DNA of 64,000 nucleotides from an uncultured Actinomycetes bacterium. Its GTDB lineage: Bacteria > Actinomycetota > UBA4738 > HRBIN12. Each line of letters begins with the position of its first letter. Position 1 is the stretch's first letter. The position numbers and the translations under genes were made by a program. The notes beneath the pieces were generated by a model. The model had not been told where the DNA came from. It saw nothing but the letters and a program-made list of their open reading frames with translations, and searched no databases. The stretch covers positions 338,950-402,949 of the forward strand of contig CAWCMT010000005.1 of the NCBI GenBank assembly GCA_963796725.1. The letters are read 5' to 3'. This document shows positions 38,301-46,751 of the stretch, in pieces.

Positions 38301-38975
38301 ATGAAGATCCTGGTGGTCGAAGACGAAGAGAAGATGCGCCGGGCTATCCGCAAGGGCCTGGAGCATGAGGGCTACGCGGTAGACGTAGCCGGGGACGCCG
38401 AAGACGCGCTCTCCTACGGGACCGAGTACGACTACGACGCCATCGTGTTGGACGTGATGCTCCCCGGAGCCGACGGGTTCGAGGTCTGCCGCGGTCTCCG
38501 GGCGCGTGAGCGCTGGGCCCCGATCCTGATGCTCACCGCGCGCGATGCGATCGACGACAAGATCCGAGGCCTGGACGCAGGCGCCGACGACTACCTGCCG
38601 AAGCCCTTCGACTTCGGCGAGCTCACCGCTCGGCTGCGGGCCCTGATCCGGCGCGGCCCGGTGGAGCGCCCGGCCGTCCTCGAGGTCGCCGACCTGACGC
38701 TCGACCCCGCGGCCCATGCCGTCAAGGCCGGCGCGGAGGAGGTGGATCTCTCCTCGCGCGAGTTCGCGTTGCTGGAGTTCCTGATGCACCACGCCGGCGA
38801 GGCAGTGACGCGCACCCAGTTGCTGGAGCACGTCTGGGACGTCAACTACGGCGGCCTGTCCAACGTCGTCGACGTGTACGTGGGCTACGTGCGACGCAAG
38901 CTCTCGGCCACCGGTGCGCACGTGCGGATCCGCACCATCCGTGGGGTGGGCTACGCGTTGGAGGAGGAACGATGA
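38301..38975 (+). CDS. OmpR/PhoB-family response regulator (heavy-metal CusR/CopR-like)
   Basis: MKILVVEDEEKMRRAI..DAIVLDVMLPGADGFEV..ILMLTARD..GADDYLPKPFDFGEL is followed by a winged-helix C-terminus (..IRTIRGVGYAL). Confidence 0.95.
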   Translation: MKILVVEDEEKMRRAIRKGLEHEGYAVDVAGDAEDALSYGTEYDYDAIVLDVMLPGADGFEVCRGLRARERWAPILMLTARDAIDDKIRGLDAGADDYLPKPFDFGELTARLRALIRRGPVERPAVLEVADLTLDPAAHAVKAGAEEVDLSSREFALLEFLMHHAGEAVTRTQLLEHVWDVNYGGLSNVVDVYVGYVRRKLSATGAHVRIRTIRGVGYALEEER

Positions 38976-40396
38976 CCGTCCCGCTCCGCGCGCGGATGAC
39001 GATCTGGTTCACGGCGCTCCTCGCGCTCATCCTGGTGGGAGGCGCCACGATCGTCATCGTCTATCTGCGCGCGGCCCAGACCCGGGCGCTCGACACCACC
39101 CTGAAGACCAGCGCGGGCGAGATCGCGGCCGACTACAAGCCCACGGTCGGCAACAGCGAGAGCGAGTTCCGCGACGCCACGGACATCTCCCTCGCAGGGC
39201 TGCCTCGGGACGCGTCCGCGGCGCAGCTCGTGGCATCGGACGGGAGCATCGTCGTCAACGCGGGGAACGGCCTCGGGGCCACGCCGATGCTGCCCACGGC
39301 GCCCATCGCCGCAGCGATCGGCGGCGCGTCGTCCCTGCAGACCGAGGTGCTGAACGGGCACGACTACCGCGTGTATGCGATGCCGTTCACCGACGAGGGC
39401 CGGCCCGTCGCGCTCGTGGTGGCGACGTCGCTCGAGAGCGTGGAAGCCTCGATCCATAGGCTGCTGTTGGCCCTGGCTATCTGGATCCCCTTCGGTGTCC
39501 TCATGGCGGCGGTAGGTGGATGGTTCCTGGCGAAGAGGGCGCTGCGGCCGATCGCGACCATGACCGATGAGGCGAGGGCGATCGACGCGTCTCGTCTGGC
39601 CGACCGCGTCGCCGTGCCGACGTCCATGGACGAGGTGGGACGCCTGGCCGTGACGCTGAACGCGATGCTGGACCGCATCGAGACGGGGGTGGAGCAGCAG
39701 CAGGCCCTGGTCGCGAACGCCTCGCACGAGCTCCGGACGCCGCTCGCCATCATGCGGGCGGAGATCGACGTCAGCCTGGCCTCGGGTGAGCTCTCGGATG
39801 ACGCCCGTGAGGTGCTCCTGAGCGCACGGGAAGAGACCGACCGGATGAGCGCGATCGTGGAGGATCTCCTGCTGCTGGCCCGGATGGACGAGGGCGCCCT
39901 CGCGCTCGCGGCGGAGCCGGTGGACCTTCCGCCGCTGACCGGCGACGTGCTCATGACGCTCACGCCGCTCGCCGAGAGCCGGGAGGTCCATTTGGAGCTC
40001 GTCACCGATCATCCGACACGTGTGGTCGGAGATCCCGGTCGGATCCGCGAGGTGCTGCGCAACCTCGTGGACAACGCCATCAAGTACGCTCCGGCTGAAA
40101 GCCTGGTCCTGGTGAAGGTGAGAGGCACCCAGGAAGGGGGCGAGGTGACGGTGGCCAATTCCGGCCCCGCGATCCCGGAGGCATCGCTCCCCCACATCTT
40201 CGATCGCTTCTATCGGGCGGACGCCGCGCGGGGCCGCGAGGCAGGCGGCAGCGGACTGGGTCTGGCGATCGTCCGCGAGCTGGTGGAGGCCCAGGCGGGC
40301 CAGGTGTGGGCTACCAGCTCGGACGCGGGGACGGTCTTCGGATTCAGGTTGCCGCCGGCCGCGCCAGCGCCGGCGGATCAGAGCGTGCTTCCGTAA
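38972..40396 (+). CDS. Sensor histidine kinase (two TM helices, HAMP, HisKA, HATPase)
   Basis: Its start overlaps the response-regulator stop. The H-box is ANASHELRTPLAIM, the N-box LRNLVDNAIKYA and the G-boxes DRFYRAD..GGSGLGLAIV. Confidence 0.9.
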   Translation: MTVPLRARMTIWFTALLALILVGGATIVIVYLRAAQTRALDTTLKTSAGEIAADYKPTVGNSESEFRDATDISLAGLPRDASAAQLVASDGSIVVNAGNGLGATPMLPTAPIAAAIGGASSLQTEVLNGHDYRVYAMPFTDEGRPVALVVATSLESVEASIHRLLLALAIWIPFGVLMAAVGGWFLAKRALRPIATMTDEARAIDASRLADRVAVPTSMDEVGRLAVTLNAMLDRIETGVEQQQALVANASHELRTPLAIMRAEIDVSLASGELSDDAREVLLSAREETDRMSAIVEDLLLLARMDEGALALAAEPVDLPPLTGDVLMTLTPLAESREVHLELVTDHPTRVVGDPGRIREVLRNLVDNAIKYAPAESLVLVKVRGTQEGGEVTVANSGPAIPEASLPHIFDRFYRADAARGREAGGSGLGLAIVRELVEAQAGQVWATSSDAGTVFGFRLPPAAPAPADQSVLP

Positions 40397-40445
40397 CGAA
40401 CGACAGCCCCGTGACCACCGGAGGCGACCCGAGGAGACGCCAGAC

Positions 40446-40810
40446 GTGGCCTTCGAAGCGTCCCTCGGATCGGGCGACATCAGCGCCGCTCGCGCGATCA
40501 TGGCGGGTCGACGCCGTACCCGCCGGGGAGCGCTCCCCCATCATCGACGCGGCGGCGGCCGGCTATGGTGCGCGCATCGCGGCCGCCACGGATGGGGACG
40601 TGGGAAGCGATCGATCGCGACTTCCGCCAGGCCGAGCACCTCAACCGCGAGATCGGAAGGCCGTTCACGTTGGCGTGCGGCACCTTCAAGCAGCTACGGG
40701 CGACCCCCGTGGTTCGAGGATGCGGAGGCCCTCGCGGGCGCGACCGCGGGGCCTCCCACCTCAGCAACCGGGCTCGTCGCCGCGATCAGATCACAGCGAC
40801 GTTCGGACGT
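40446..40810 (+). pseudogene. Decayed or badly frame-shifted CDS of unknown function
   Basis: The coding-like signal (third-position G+C, with first-position G+C above second-position G+C) moves frame 0 to 1 to 2 to 0 across about 300 bp. The pieces read ..AFEASLGSGDISAARAIMAG / WRVDAVPAGERSPIIDAAAAGYGARIAAATDG / WEAIDRDFRQAEHLNREIGRPFTLACGTFKQL / PPWFEDAEALAGATAG... No family is recognised. Confidence 0.3.
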
Positions 40811-40830
40811 CCTCTTCGGATGTTCGAACC

Positions 40831-41067
40831 TCACCCTGCGGCGTGCTCTGCACGCTCTGCCGACTGGTCGTACTCCTGCCGCTGAGCACGAGGGAAGGCG
40901 ATAGACCCGAACAGCATCAGCCCGATGCCGGCCAGCAGCAGGATCACGCCCGCCATATGGATGTTGAAGCCGTTCGTATGAACCGATACCGCATACCGCA
41001 TGACGGCCCCGATCACGGCCAACGTCGCACCGAACGCCATCGCACCCGTGCCAACGCTTCTGTTCAT
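40831..41067 (-). CDS. Small two-TM membrane protein (78 aa)
   Basis: ATG 41067 has a GGAGAT RBS. The product is MNRSVGTGAMAFGATLAVIGAVMRYAV..HMAGVILLLAGIGLMLFGSIAF. Confidence 0.6.
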   Translation of the reverse strand: MNRSVGTGAMAFGATLAVIGAVMRYAVSVHTNGFNIHMAGVILLLAGIGLMLFGSIAFPRAQRQEYDQSAERAEHAAG

Positions 41068-41226
41068 GTGCGCATCTCCTTCGTAGATGGAGCGAGACAC
41101 CCGGCAGACCTCCCCGCCGGACTGCCTCGCTGCTCCGAGTCTCCCCCGCATGCGTCACGGCAGCGTCACCAGGTCCCGACCACCGTGACGCGCCAGAACC
41201 CGCATAGGATGGACTTGCCACCTTAG

Positions 41227-41982
41227 ATGGGCGAGGGGAGAACGATGGGGTCGAGCACCGGCAGATCGCCGGCCGGGCCTTCCGGGTCGCCGGTGCGACT
41301 CGGGCTCCTGGGCGGCTTCCACCTGAGCGTCGACGCCGAGGTGGCCCCCCTGCCCATGAACGCACAGCGGCTGGTCTGCTTCCTCGCACTGCACGATCAG
41401 CCACTGCTCCGCACCTTCGTCAGTGGCTCGCTGTGGGGTGGATCCTCGGACCTCCGCGCCGGCGGCAGCCTCCGCTCGGCGCTTTGGCGCTTGCGCCGTG
41501 CCACCTACCCGGTGGTGGAGATGACGAGCGATCACATCGAACTGGCACCGACGGTCGCCGTCGACTACCGGGAAGGAGCAGCACTCGCCCACCGTGTACT
41601 CGATCCCTCGCAGGACCTCGACGATGTCGCCGAGGTGAACGAGGAGGTGCTGTCCGCCGATCTCCTACCCGACTGGACCGAGGACTGGGTGCTGATGGAG
41701 CGCGAGTCCTACCACCAGCTGCGACTGCGTGCCCTCGAGGCCTTGTGCCGTCGGCTCAGCGCGAAGGGGCGCTTCGGTCAGGCGGTGCAAGCGGGGCTCG
41801 CCGCGGTGGCGGGCGAGCCCTTGCGAGAGAGCGCCCGCAGCGCGCTCATCGAGGCCCACCTGGCGGAGCGCAACGTGGGTGCGGCGCTGCGCGAGTACGA
41901 CGCGTTCGCCCGCTTGCTCGACGACGAGCTGGGGCTGGAACCGTCCGACGATCTTCGGGCTTTGGTCGAAGGCCTGCATTGA
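41227..41982 (+). CDS. SARP/AfsR-family transcriptional regulator (OmpR-like winged helix plus BTAD domain)
   Basis: VRLGLLGGFHLSVDAEVAPLPMNAQRLVCFLAL..LWGGSSDLRAGGSLRSALWRLRR.. is followed by the BTAD helices ..LIEAHLAERNVGAALREYDAFARLLDDELGLEPSDDL. Confidence 0.8.
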   Translation: MGEGRTMGSSTGRSPAGPSGSPVRLGLLGGFHLSVDAEVAPLPMNAQRLVCFLALHDQPLLRTFVSGSLWGGSSDLRAGGSLRSALWRLRRATYPVVEMTSDHIELAPTVAVDYREGAALAHRVLDPSQDLDDVAEVNEEVLSADLLPDWTEDWVLMERESYHQLRLRALEALCRRLSAKGRFGQAVQAGLAAVAGEPLRESARSALIEAHLAERNVGAALREYDAFARLLDDELGLEPSDDLRALVEGLH

Positions 41983-42054
41983 GCCTTCGAAGGATGCGCC
42001 TCGGCGTCACGCGTCGGTAACACCACCGTGACACCTCAGCTTCAAGCTGGGGTC

Positions 42055-42285
42055 ATGCGGATGGAGCACGCCGATCGCACGGGGATCCTGATCGTGCGTA
42101 TGTGGATCGAAGGCAACGCCCACGAGGGATTCAGGGCGCGGATCACGCGCACCCTCGACGCGACCGGCGACGAGCAAGGCATGGCCACCGCCGCCACGCC
42201 GGATGACATCTATGCCGTGGTCCGGACGTGGGTGGAGTCGTTCATCGAACAGGAGACCGCGGCACTTCCGGTGACGCCCGCGTGA
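42055..42285 (+). CDS. Small hypothetical protein (76 aa) downstream of the SARP gene
   Basis: MRMEHADRTGILIVRMWIEGNAHEGFRARITRTLD..DDIYAVVRTWVESFIEQ has good codon bias. The track start GTG 42028 is also possible. Confidence 0.5.
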   Translation: MRMEHADRTGILIVRMWIEGNAHEGFRARITRTLDATGDEQGMATAATPDDIYAVVRTWVESFIEQETAALPVTPA

Positions 42286-42333
42286 CGCGCGGTGACGACG
42301 CTATCGATACAACGACTCGGAAGGAAGGAAGAC

Positions 42334-42426
42334 ATGCTTGCAGCAATGGGAGGCATCGGAATCTTCGGGATCCTCATCGTGATCCTCGCCGTATTGGGGG
42401 TCGTCTTTCTCGTGAGACGCGCCTGA
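42334..42426 (+). CDS. Possible 30-aa hydrophobic micro-protein
   Basis: ATG 42334 follows a strong RBS (GGAAGGAAGGAAG). The product is MLAAMGGIGIFGILIVILAVLGVVFLVRRA, a single TM helix with a basic C-terminus. It is below the ORF-track cut-off. Confidence 0.4.
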   Translation: MLAAMGGIGIFGILIVILAVLGVVFLVRRA

Positions 42427-42672
42427 GCGCGGATCGGCTTCAGCGCATCCGGGGTGCGTTTGGGCCTCTGATCCTCTTCGGCGTCAACCTGCATCTGTAG
42501 GCCCGACGTAGGACCGAGGCCCTTCTCCCCTACCAACCTGATCCAGGTGCGAGCTCCGGAGAGCTCACCATCCACGGGGCCCTGGATCGCGGTGCTCGCG
42601 CGGAGCCGGAGATCGGCGTCCGAGTAGCTTTGACACCTCACGTGCTTCGGCCGACAGGGCTGGAGCCAGCGC

Positions 42673-43758
42673 CTAGTCGGGCTCGTCTTTCGGGTAGACG
42701 ATCCCTGCGGTTCCCGGCCATCCGACCCACAACCGCTTGCCCGGCGTATACGCGTCCCGCACCTTCAGGCGGCAGGGCCCCACAGAGGTCCCGACGAGGA
42801 TCTCGAAGTGCGAGCCGAAGAAGGAGCACGTTTCCACGGTCCCTTCCAGGACCCCGCGCGCCTCCTCAACAACCTCGAGCTCCTCGGGACGCAACAGCAC
42901 CTGCACGTCGGAACCGGTCGTGAAGTCGGTGCCGAGCGCCTGGAACCGACGACCCGCCACTTCCACCTCCACGCGATCGCCTTGTGCGCTCATGACCCTG
43001 GCGGGGAAGAACGATCCTGCGCCGATGAATCGCGCCGTGAACAGCGTGGCGGGCGAGCGATAGATGGTCTGCGGATCGGCCACCTGCTCGAGCCGCCCTT
43101 GGTTCATGACCCCGACGAGCTGGGAGATGCTGAGTGCCTCGTCCTGGTCGTGCGTGACGAAGACGAATGTGGTGCCCAGATCCTGATGGATCCGAAGCAA
43201 CTCTTCTCGCAGCGTGAATCGCACGTTGCGATCCAGCGCGGACAGGGGCTCGTCCAGGAGGAGAACGCGTGGACGGTTGATCAGCGCGCGAGCGACCGCC
43301 ACTCGTTGCGCCTGCCCTCCAGACAGTTCGGACGGGTACCGCCCGCCATGATCCTCGAGCCCCACCAGGCCGAGCATCTCCTTCACGCGGCGGGCACGCT
43401 CCGCCGGAGGGGTACGCTCGCGGCGCGCCTGCGTCGTGAGTCCGAACCCGACGTTGTCCGTCACCGTCATGTGGGGGAACAGTGCATAGCTCTGGAACAC
43501 CATGTTGAATGGGCGGGCCTCGGGAGGCAGGCGCGTGATGTCGGCCTCGTCGGAGAACACAGCGCCGGCGTCGGGCGTCTCGAGCCCCGCGATGATCCGT
43601 AGAAGGGTGGTCTTCCCGCACCCGCTGGGACCCAACAGGCTGAAGAAAGAGCCGGCTGGGATCTCCAGATCGAGGGTGTGAAGGGCGGACACCCCGCCGA
43701 ATCGCTTGGTTATCCCACGGATCGAGACGGCTCCTGACCGAGTCTGACCCACGTTCAC
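42673..43758 (-). CDS. Spermidine/putrescine-type ABC importer ATP-binding protein (PotA-like)
   Basis: From GTG 43758 (GTGA overlap): ..LLGPSGCGKTTLLR..LSGGQAQRVAVARALINRPRVLLLDEPLSALD..FVTHDQDEA, followed by a C-terminal TOBE-like domain. Confidence 0.9.
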   Translation of the reverse strand: MNVGQTRSGAVSIRGITKRFGGVSALHTLDLEIPAGSFFSLLGPSGCGKTTLLRIIAGLETPDAGAVFSDEADITRLPPEARPFNMVFQSYALFPHMTVTDNVGFGLTTQARRERTPPAERARRVKEMLGLVGLEDHGGRYPSELSGGQAQRVAVARALINRPRVLLLDEPLSALDRNVRFTLREELLRIHQDLGTTFVFVTHDQDEALSISQLVGVMNQGRLEQVADPQTIYRSPATLFTARFIGAGSFFPARVMSAQGDRVEVEVAGRRFQALGTDFTTGSDVQVLLRPEELEVVEEARGVLEGTVETCSFFGSHFEILVGTSVGPCRLKVRDAYTPGKRLWVGWPGTAGIVYPKDEPD

Positions 43759-44573
43759 GCAACCCGCGCCAGGGTCTCGACGTCCACGGGGACGGCGTGC
43801 CGCGATGCCCGCCGGCGCTGCAGGATGAATGCCATCGTCACGGCGAGCCACGGCATCAACAAGAGGATCGTGGCCACGGCGTTCACGGATGGGTCGATCG
43901 TGCGACGGAGGCGCGAGAGCACGAACAGTGGCAGCGTTTGCCGCGTTCCTGATGTGAAGTTGGTGATGAGCACCTCGTCGAACGAGATCGCCGCCGCGAT
44001 CACCATCGCTCCCAGGACGGACGGAGCGATCAGCGGCATCGTGATCCGCCGAAGGACCATCGTCGGGCGCGCCCCAAGATCGCGCGCCGCCTGCTCCAGG
44101 GCTAGGTCGTAATTCAGCAGACGGGCCCCCACGATGAGAACCACGAACGGGGTCGTGATGATCACGTGCCCAGCCACGATCGTCCACATGCTTGGGTCGA
44201 CCGCGAACGTCTTCATCACGGCCACCAGCGAGATCCCGATGAACAGCGGAGGGAGCATCACCGGAAGCCTGGAGCCGCTCTCCAGCCAGCGCGTGAACCG
44301 GGTGGGGCGACGCGTCAGCGCGAAGGCCGCCATCGTCCCGATGAGGCCGGCCAGGATCGCCGTTGCCACGGCGGCCCACGCGCTCGTGGAGATCCCCGCT
44401 CGGAAGGCGGGCTCACTCAGGATCTGGTGGAACCATCGCAGGGAGATCCCGCGCGGCGGCCAGCTGAGGTTAGATCCCGAGTTCAAGGCATAGAGCACCA
44501 CGACCAGCAGCGGCAAGTAGACGAACACCATCAACGCGAACGCCGCCACCGTCAGGACCCGCGGCCTCCTCAA
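43755..44573 (-). CDS. ABC importer permease (PotC-like)
   Basis: It is polytopic and carries the EAA-loop ..LEQAARDLGARPTMVLRRITMPLIAP. The TTG 44573 start overlaps the upstream stop. Confidence 0.85.
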   Translation of the reverse strand: MRRPRVLTVAAFALMVFVYLPLLVVVLYALNSGSNLSWPPRGISLRWFHQILSEPAFRAGISTSAWAAVATAILAGLIGTMAAFALTRRPTRFTRWLESGSRLPVMLPPLFIGISLVAVMKTFAVDPSMWTIVAGHVIITTPFVVLIVGARLLNYDLALEQAARDLGARPTMVLRRITMPLIAPSVLGAMVIAAAISFDEVLITNFTSGTRQTLPLFVLSRLRRTIDPSVNAVATILLLMPWLAVTMAFILQRRRASRHAVPVDVETLARVA

Positions 44574-45436
44574 CCCGTGTGCTCCGGCAACAGTCCCGCC
44601 AGCTTCATGGCGAAGCGCAGCACGACGACGGCGATCACGAACATGAAGAGAGCCACGAACGAGATCGCAGCCCCCAGTGGATAGTTCAACGTGGTCGAGA
44701 GCTGATCGGCGATCAGGGTCCCGACCGTGCCGCTCGCTCGGACCCCTCCCAGGAACACCGGTGTGATGTAGTCCCCCGCCGAGAGGAACATGACGAACAG
44801 CCCGGCGCCGAACACCGCCGAGCCGGTCAGCGGGAGGATGATCCGCCGAAGCGTCATCCATTTCGACGCCCCAAGGTCGCGTGAAGCCGGCTCCAACTCA
44901 ACCGAGATCGACGCCAGGCTGGAGTAGAGCACCAGGGTGGTGAAGGGGAGGAAGAAGTTCACTTCCGCCACGATCACCGCGAGGCGCGAGAACAGCAGAA
45001 CACCCAGCGGCCGGCTGGTGACGTGCAGGGCCTGCAACAGTGAGTTGATGATCCCGCTCTCCCCAGAAAGCGTCCGCCACGAGTAGATCAGAGCAAGATA
45101 GCTCCCCATCAGGGCGATCACGGTCGCGATCAGCAGCAGGCCGCGCGATCGCCGCGCCCGGAACGCGAGGAAGTAGGCGAGCACGTAGCCGAAGACCACG
45201 GAGAGGACGGCCGTGGGAACCGCGATCAGCACCGTGTTGACCGCGTACTTGCGGTACAGGGGGGTCGTGAGCACGGCGCGGTAGTTGTCGAGGCTCGCGC
45301 CGGGCACGACTTCCAACAGGTGGAGGTGGAAGAACGAGAACCCGAACAAGAGGGCCATCGGGACGAACACACCGAACAGGAGCAGGGCCCCCAGGGGGGT
45401 CATGAGGAACGCAGCCAGGCGGCGTGAGAGCGTCAA
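44570..45436 (-). CDS. ABC importer permease (PotB-like)
   Basis: 288-aa polytopic ORF with the EAA-loop ..LEPASRDLGASKWMTLRRIILPLTGS. Confidence 0.9.
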   Translation of the reverse strand: MTLSRRLAAFLMTPLGALLLFGVFVPMALLFGFSFFHLHLLEVVPGASLDNYRAVLTTPLYRKYAVNTVLIAVPTAVLSVVFGYVLAYFLAFRARRSRGLLLIATVIALMGSYLALIYSWRTLSGESGIINSLLQALHVTSRPLGVLLFSRLAVIVAEVNFFLPFTTLVLYSSLASISVELEPASRDLGASKWMTLRRIILPLTGSAVFGAGLFVMFLSAGDYITPVFLGGVRASGTVGTLIADQLSTTLNYPLGAAISFVALFMFVIAVVVLRFAMKLAGLLPEHTG

Positions 45437-45455
45437 GCGCGCCTACGGGACCCGG

Positions 45456-46598
45456 CTAGGAGCCCTTAACCTCCTCCCATGTCGCGATGATCTCGTCATA
45501 CGTCGCGAGGTCACCGTCAGGCTCGTGCGGCCACCCGCGGTTGAAGGTCAGCGTGTTCGAGAGATAGTCGTCGATGTTGTCGTAGGGGTAGAGCGCCTTG
45601 GCTTTCGGCGTGAGGAGCGGGATCGCGTCAGTTACCGAGGCGCCTTGAAGAAGACTGCTGTTCGCCTGCGCGTTGACGGCCGGCTCGAGCAAGTGGTTCA
45701 CGAAGGCGTAGGCGTTCTGGGGGTTCGGGGCCGTGGGTGTGATGAACGCGGTGTCGGCCCAACCGATGGCCCCCTCCGAGGGGATCACCGTCTTGGTGGG
45801 TACGCCCTTCTTCGCTGTGACCGAGTCCATGAACGTCAGGCCGACGACCATGTAGTCGACATCGCCGGAGACGAGAAGCGAGATAGAGTCACCGATGCTG
45901 GGGGCCAGCGTCCGGGTCTGGCCGATGAGCTTGGTGAGGTAGTCCTTGACGGGCCCTTTGAGCTGATCCGTGGTCATGGTGTCGGGGTCGATCCCCACGG
46001 CGATCGCCCCGAGCGCAACGTTGTTCGTTGCGCTGTCGATGGTGGAGACACGGCCCTTGAACTGAGACTTCAACAGGTCCTGCCAGCTCGCCGGGTTCGG
46101 GACGCGGTCGGTGCGGTACGTCACGCCCGAGTAACCCCAGGTCCAAGGGGAGCCGTTGAACGTGCCATCATCGTTCTTCCACGGCGGCACCTGCAGAGCC
46201 GGCAGGAGTCCGGCGAGGCCAGGAACCTGGTCGACCGACATGGGCGCGATCAGGCCGAGATCCGCATAGTCCGTGAGCACCACGTTGTCGCCGTAGGCGA
46301 TGTCCCATTTCTCACCGCCCGGGCCTTTCAGGACGGTCGGAACCTCCTCGGGGGTGGTGATGTACTTCACGTTGGCGTCGATCCCTTGCTGCTTCATCCA
46401 GGCGGTGAGGTCACCCGCCGTGTCGTAGCCCTCCCACGAGTAGAGGTTCAGTGGCCCGCCGACCGGCGGTAGCTGGCTCGGCGAACCCCCTGCGGTGGTG
46501 CTGGTACTCGTCGCGGAGTCACTCCTGAGGCCGCAAGCTGCGAATAGCGCGGCCGCAGCACCCGCCCCGGAGAGTGCTAGGAAACGACGCCGATCCAT
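45456..46598 (-). CDS. ABC importer substrate-binding lipoprotein (PotD/PotF-like) with a Tat-type signal
   Basis: From ATG 46598: MDRRRFLALSGAGAAAALFAACG (twin-Arg plus lipobox). ..LNLYSWEGY.. is typical of polyamine-type binding proteins. Confidence 0.85.
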   Translation of the reverse strand: MDRRRFLALSGAGAAAALFAACGLRSDSATSTSTTAGGSPSQLPPVGGPLNLYSWEGYDTAGDLTAWMKQQGIDANVKYITTPEEVPTVLKGPGGEKWDIAYGDNVVLTDYADLGLIAPMSVDQVPGLAGLLPALQVPPWKNDDGTFNGSPWTWGYSGVTYRTDRVPNPASWQDLLKSQFKGRVSTIDSATNNVALGAIAVGIDPDTMTTDQLKGPVKDYLTKLIGQTRTLAPSIGDSISLLVSGDVDYMVVGLTFMDSVTAKKGVPTKTVIPSEGAIGWADTAFITPTAPNPQNAYAFVNHLLEPAVNAQANSSLLQGASVTDAIPLLTPKAKALYPYDNIDDYLSNTLTFNRGWPHEPDGDLATYDEIIATWEEVKGS

Positions 46599-46677
46599 CA
46601 GGAACTTCCGTTCACGTTCGTACGGGTCGCCCATCCGTATCCCCCTCCGCCTCGCGCCGACCTGAGTGGTCAGGTGG

Positions 46678-46691
46678 CATGATAACCTGCC
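46678..46691. promoter_or_regulatory. Copy a of the recurring GATAACCTGC motif (CATGATAACCTGCC), 80 nt upstream of the binding-protein gene
   Basis: Read from the sequence. It is an AT-richer island in the 153-bp spacer between the GS-like gene and the importer. Confidence 0.5.
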
Positions 46692-46751
46692 GTCCCAACC
46701 CCCCGTCAATGCAACTGGCTCACCTCTCGAGAGATCCCCCCTACCTACTCC

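Noticed and set aside
38951-40501. 516-aa minus-strand ORF
   Set aside because: It is an antisense shadow of the histidine-kinase gene.
40815-40840. tRNA T-arm-like string (GTTCGAACC), and similar strings at ~33050 and ~60510
   Set aside because: There are no flanking acceptor or anticodon stems that would form a cloverleaf. I found no tRNA, rRNA or tmRNA signatures anywhere in the window.
42210-42641. 143-aa minus-strand ORF across the unassigned region downstream of the SARP module
   Set aside because: The first ~70 codons have reasonable third-position G+C. The ORF has no RBS, no recognisable family, and runs antisense through the micro-ORF that has a very strong RBS. It is left unassigned rather than called.
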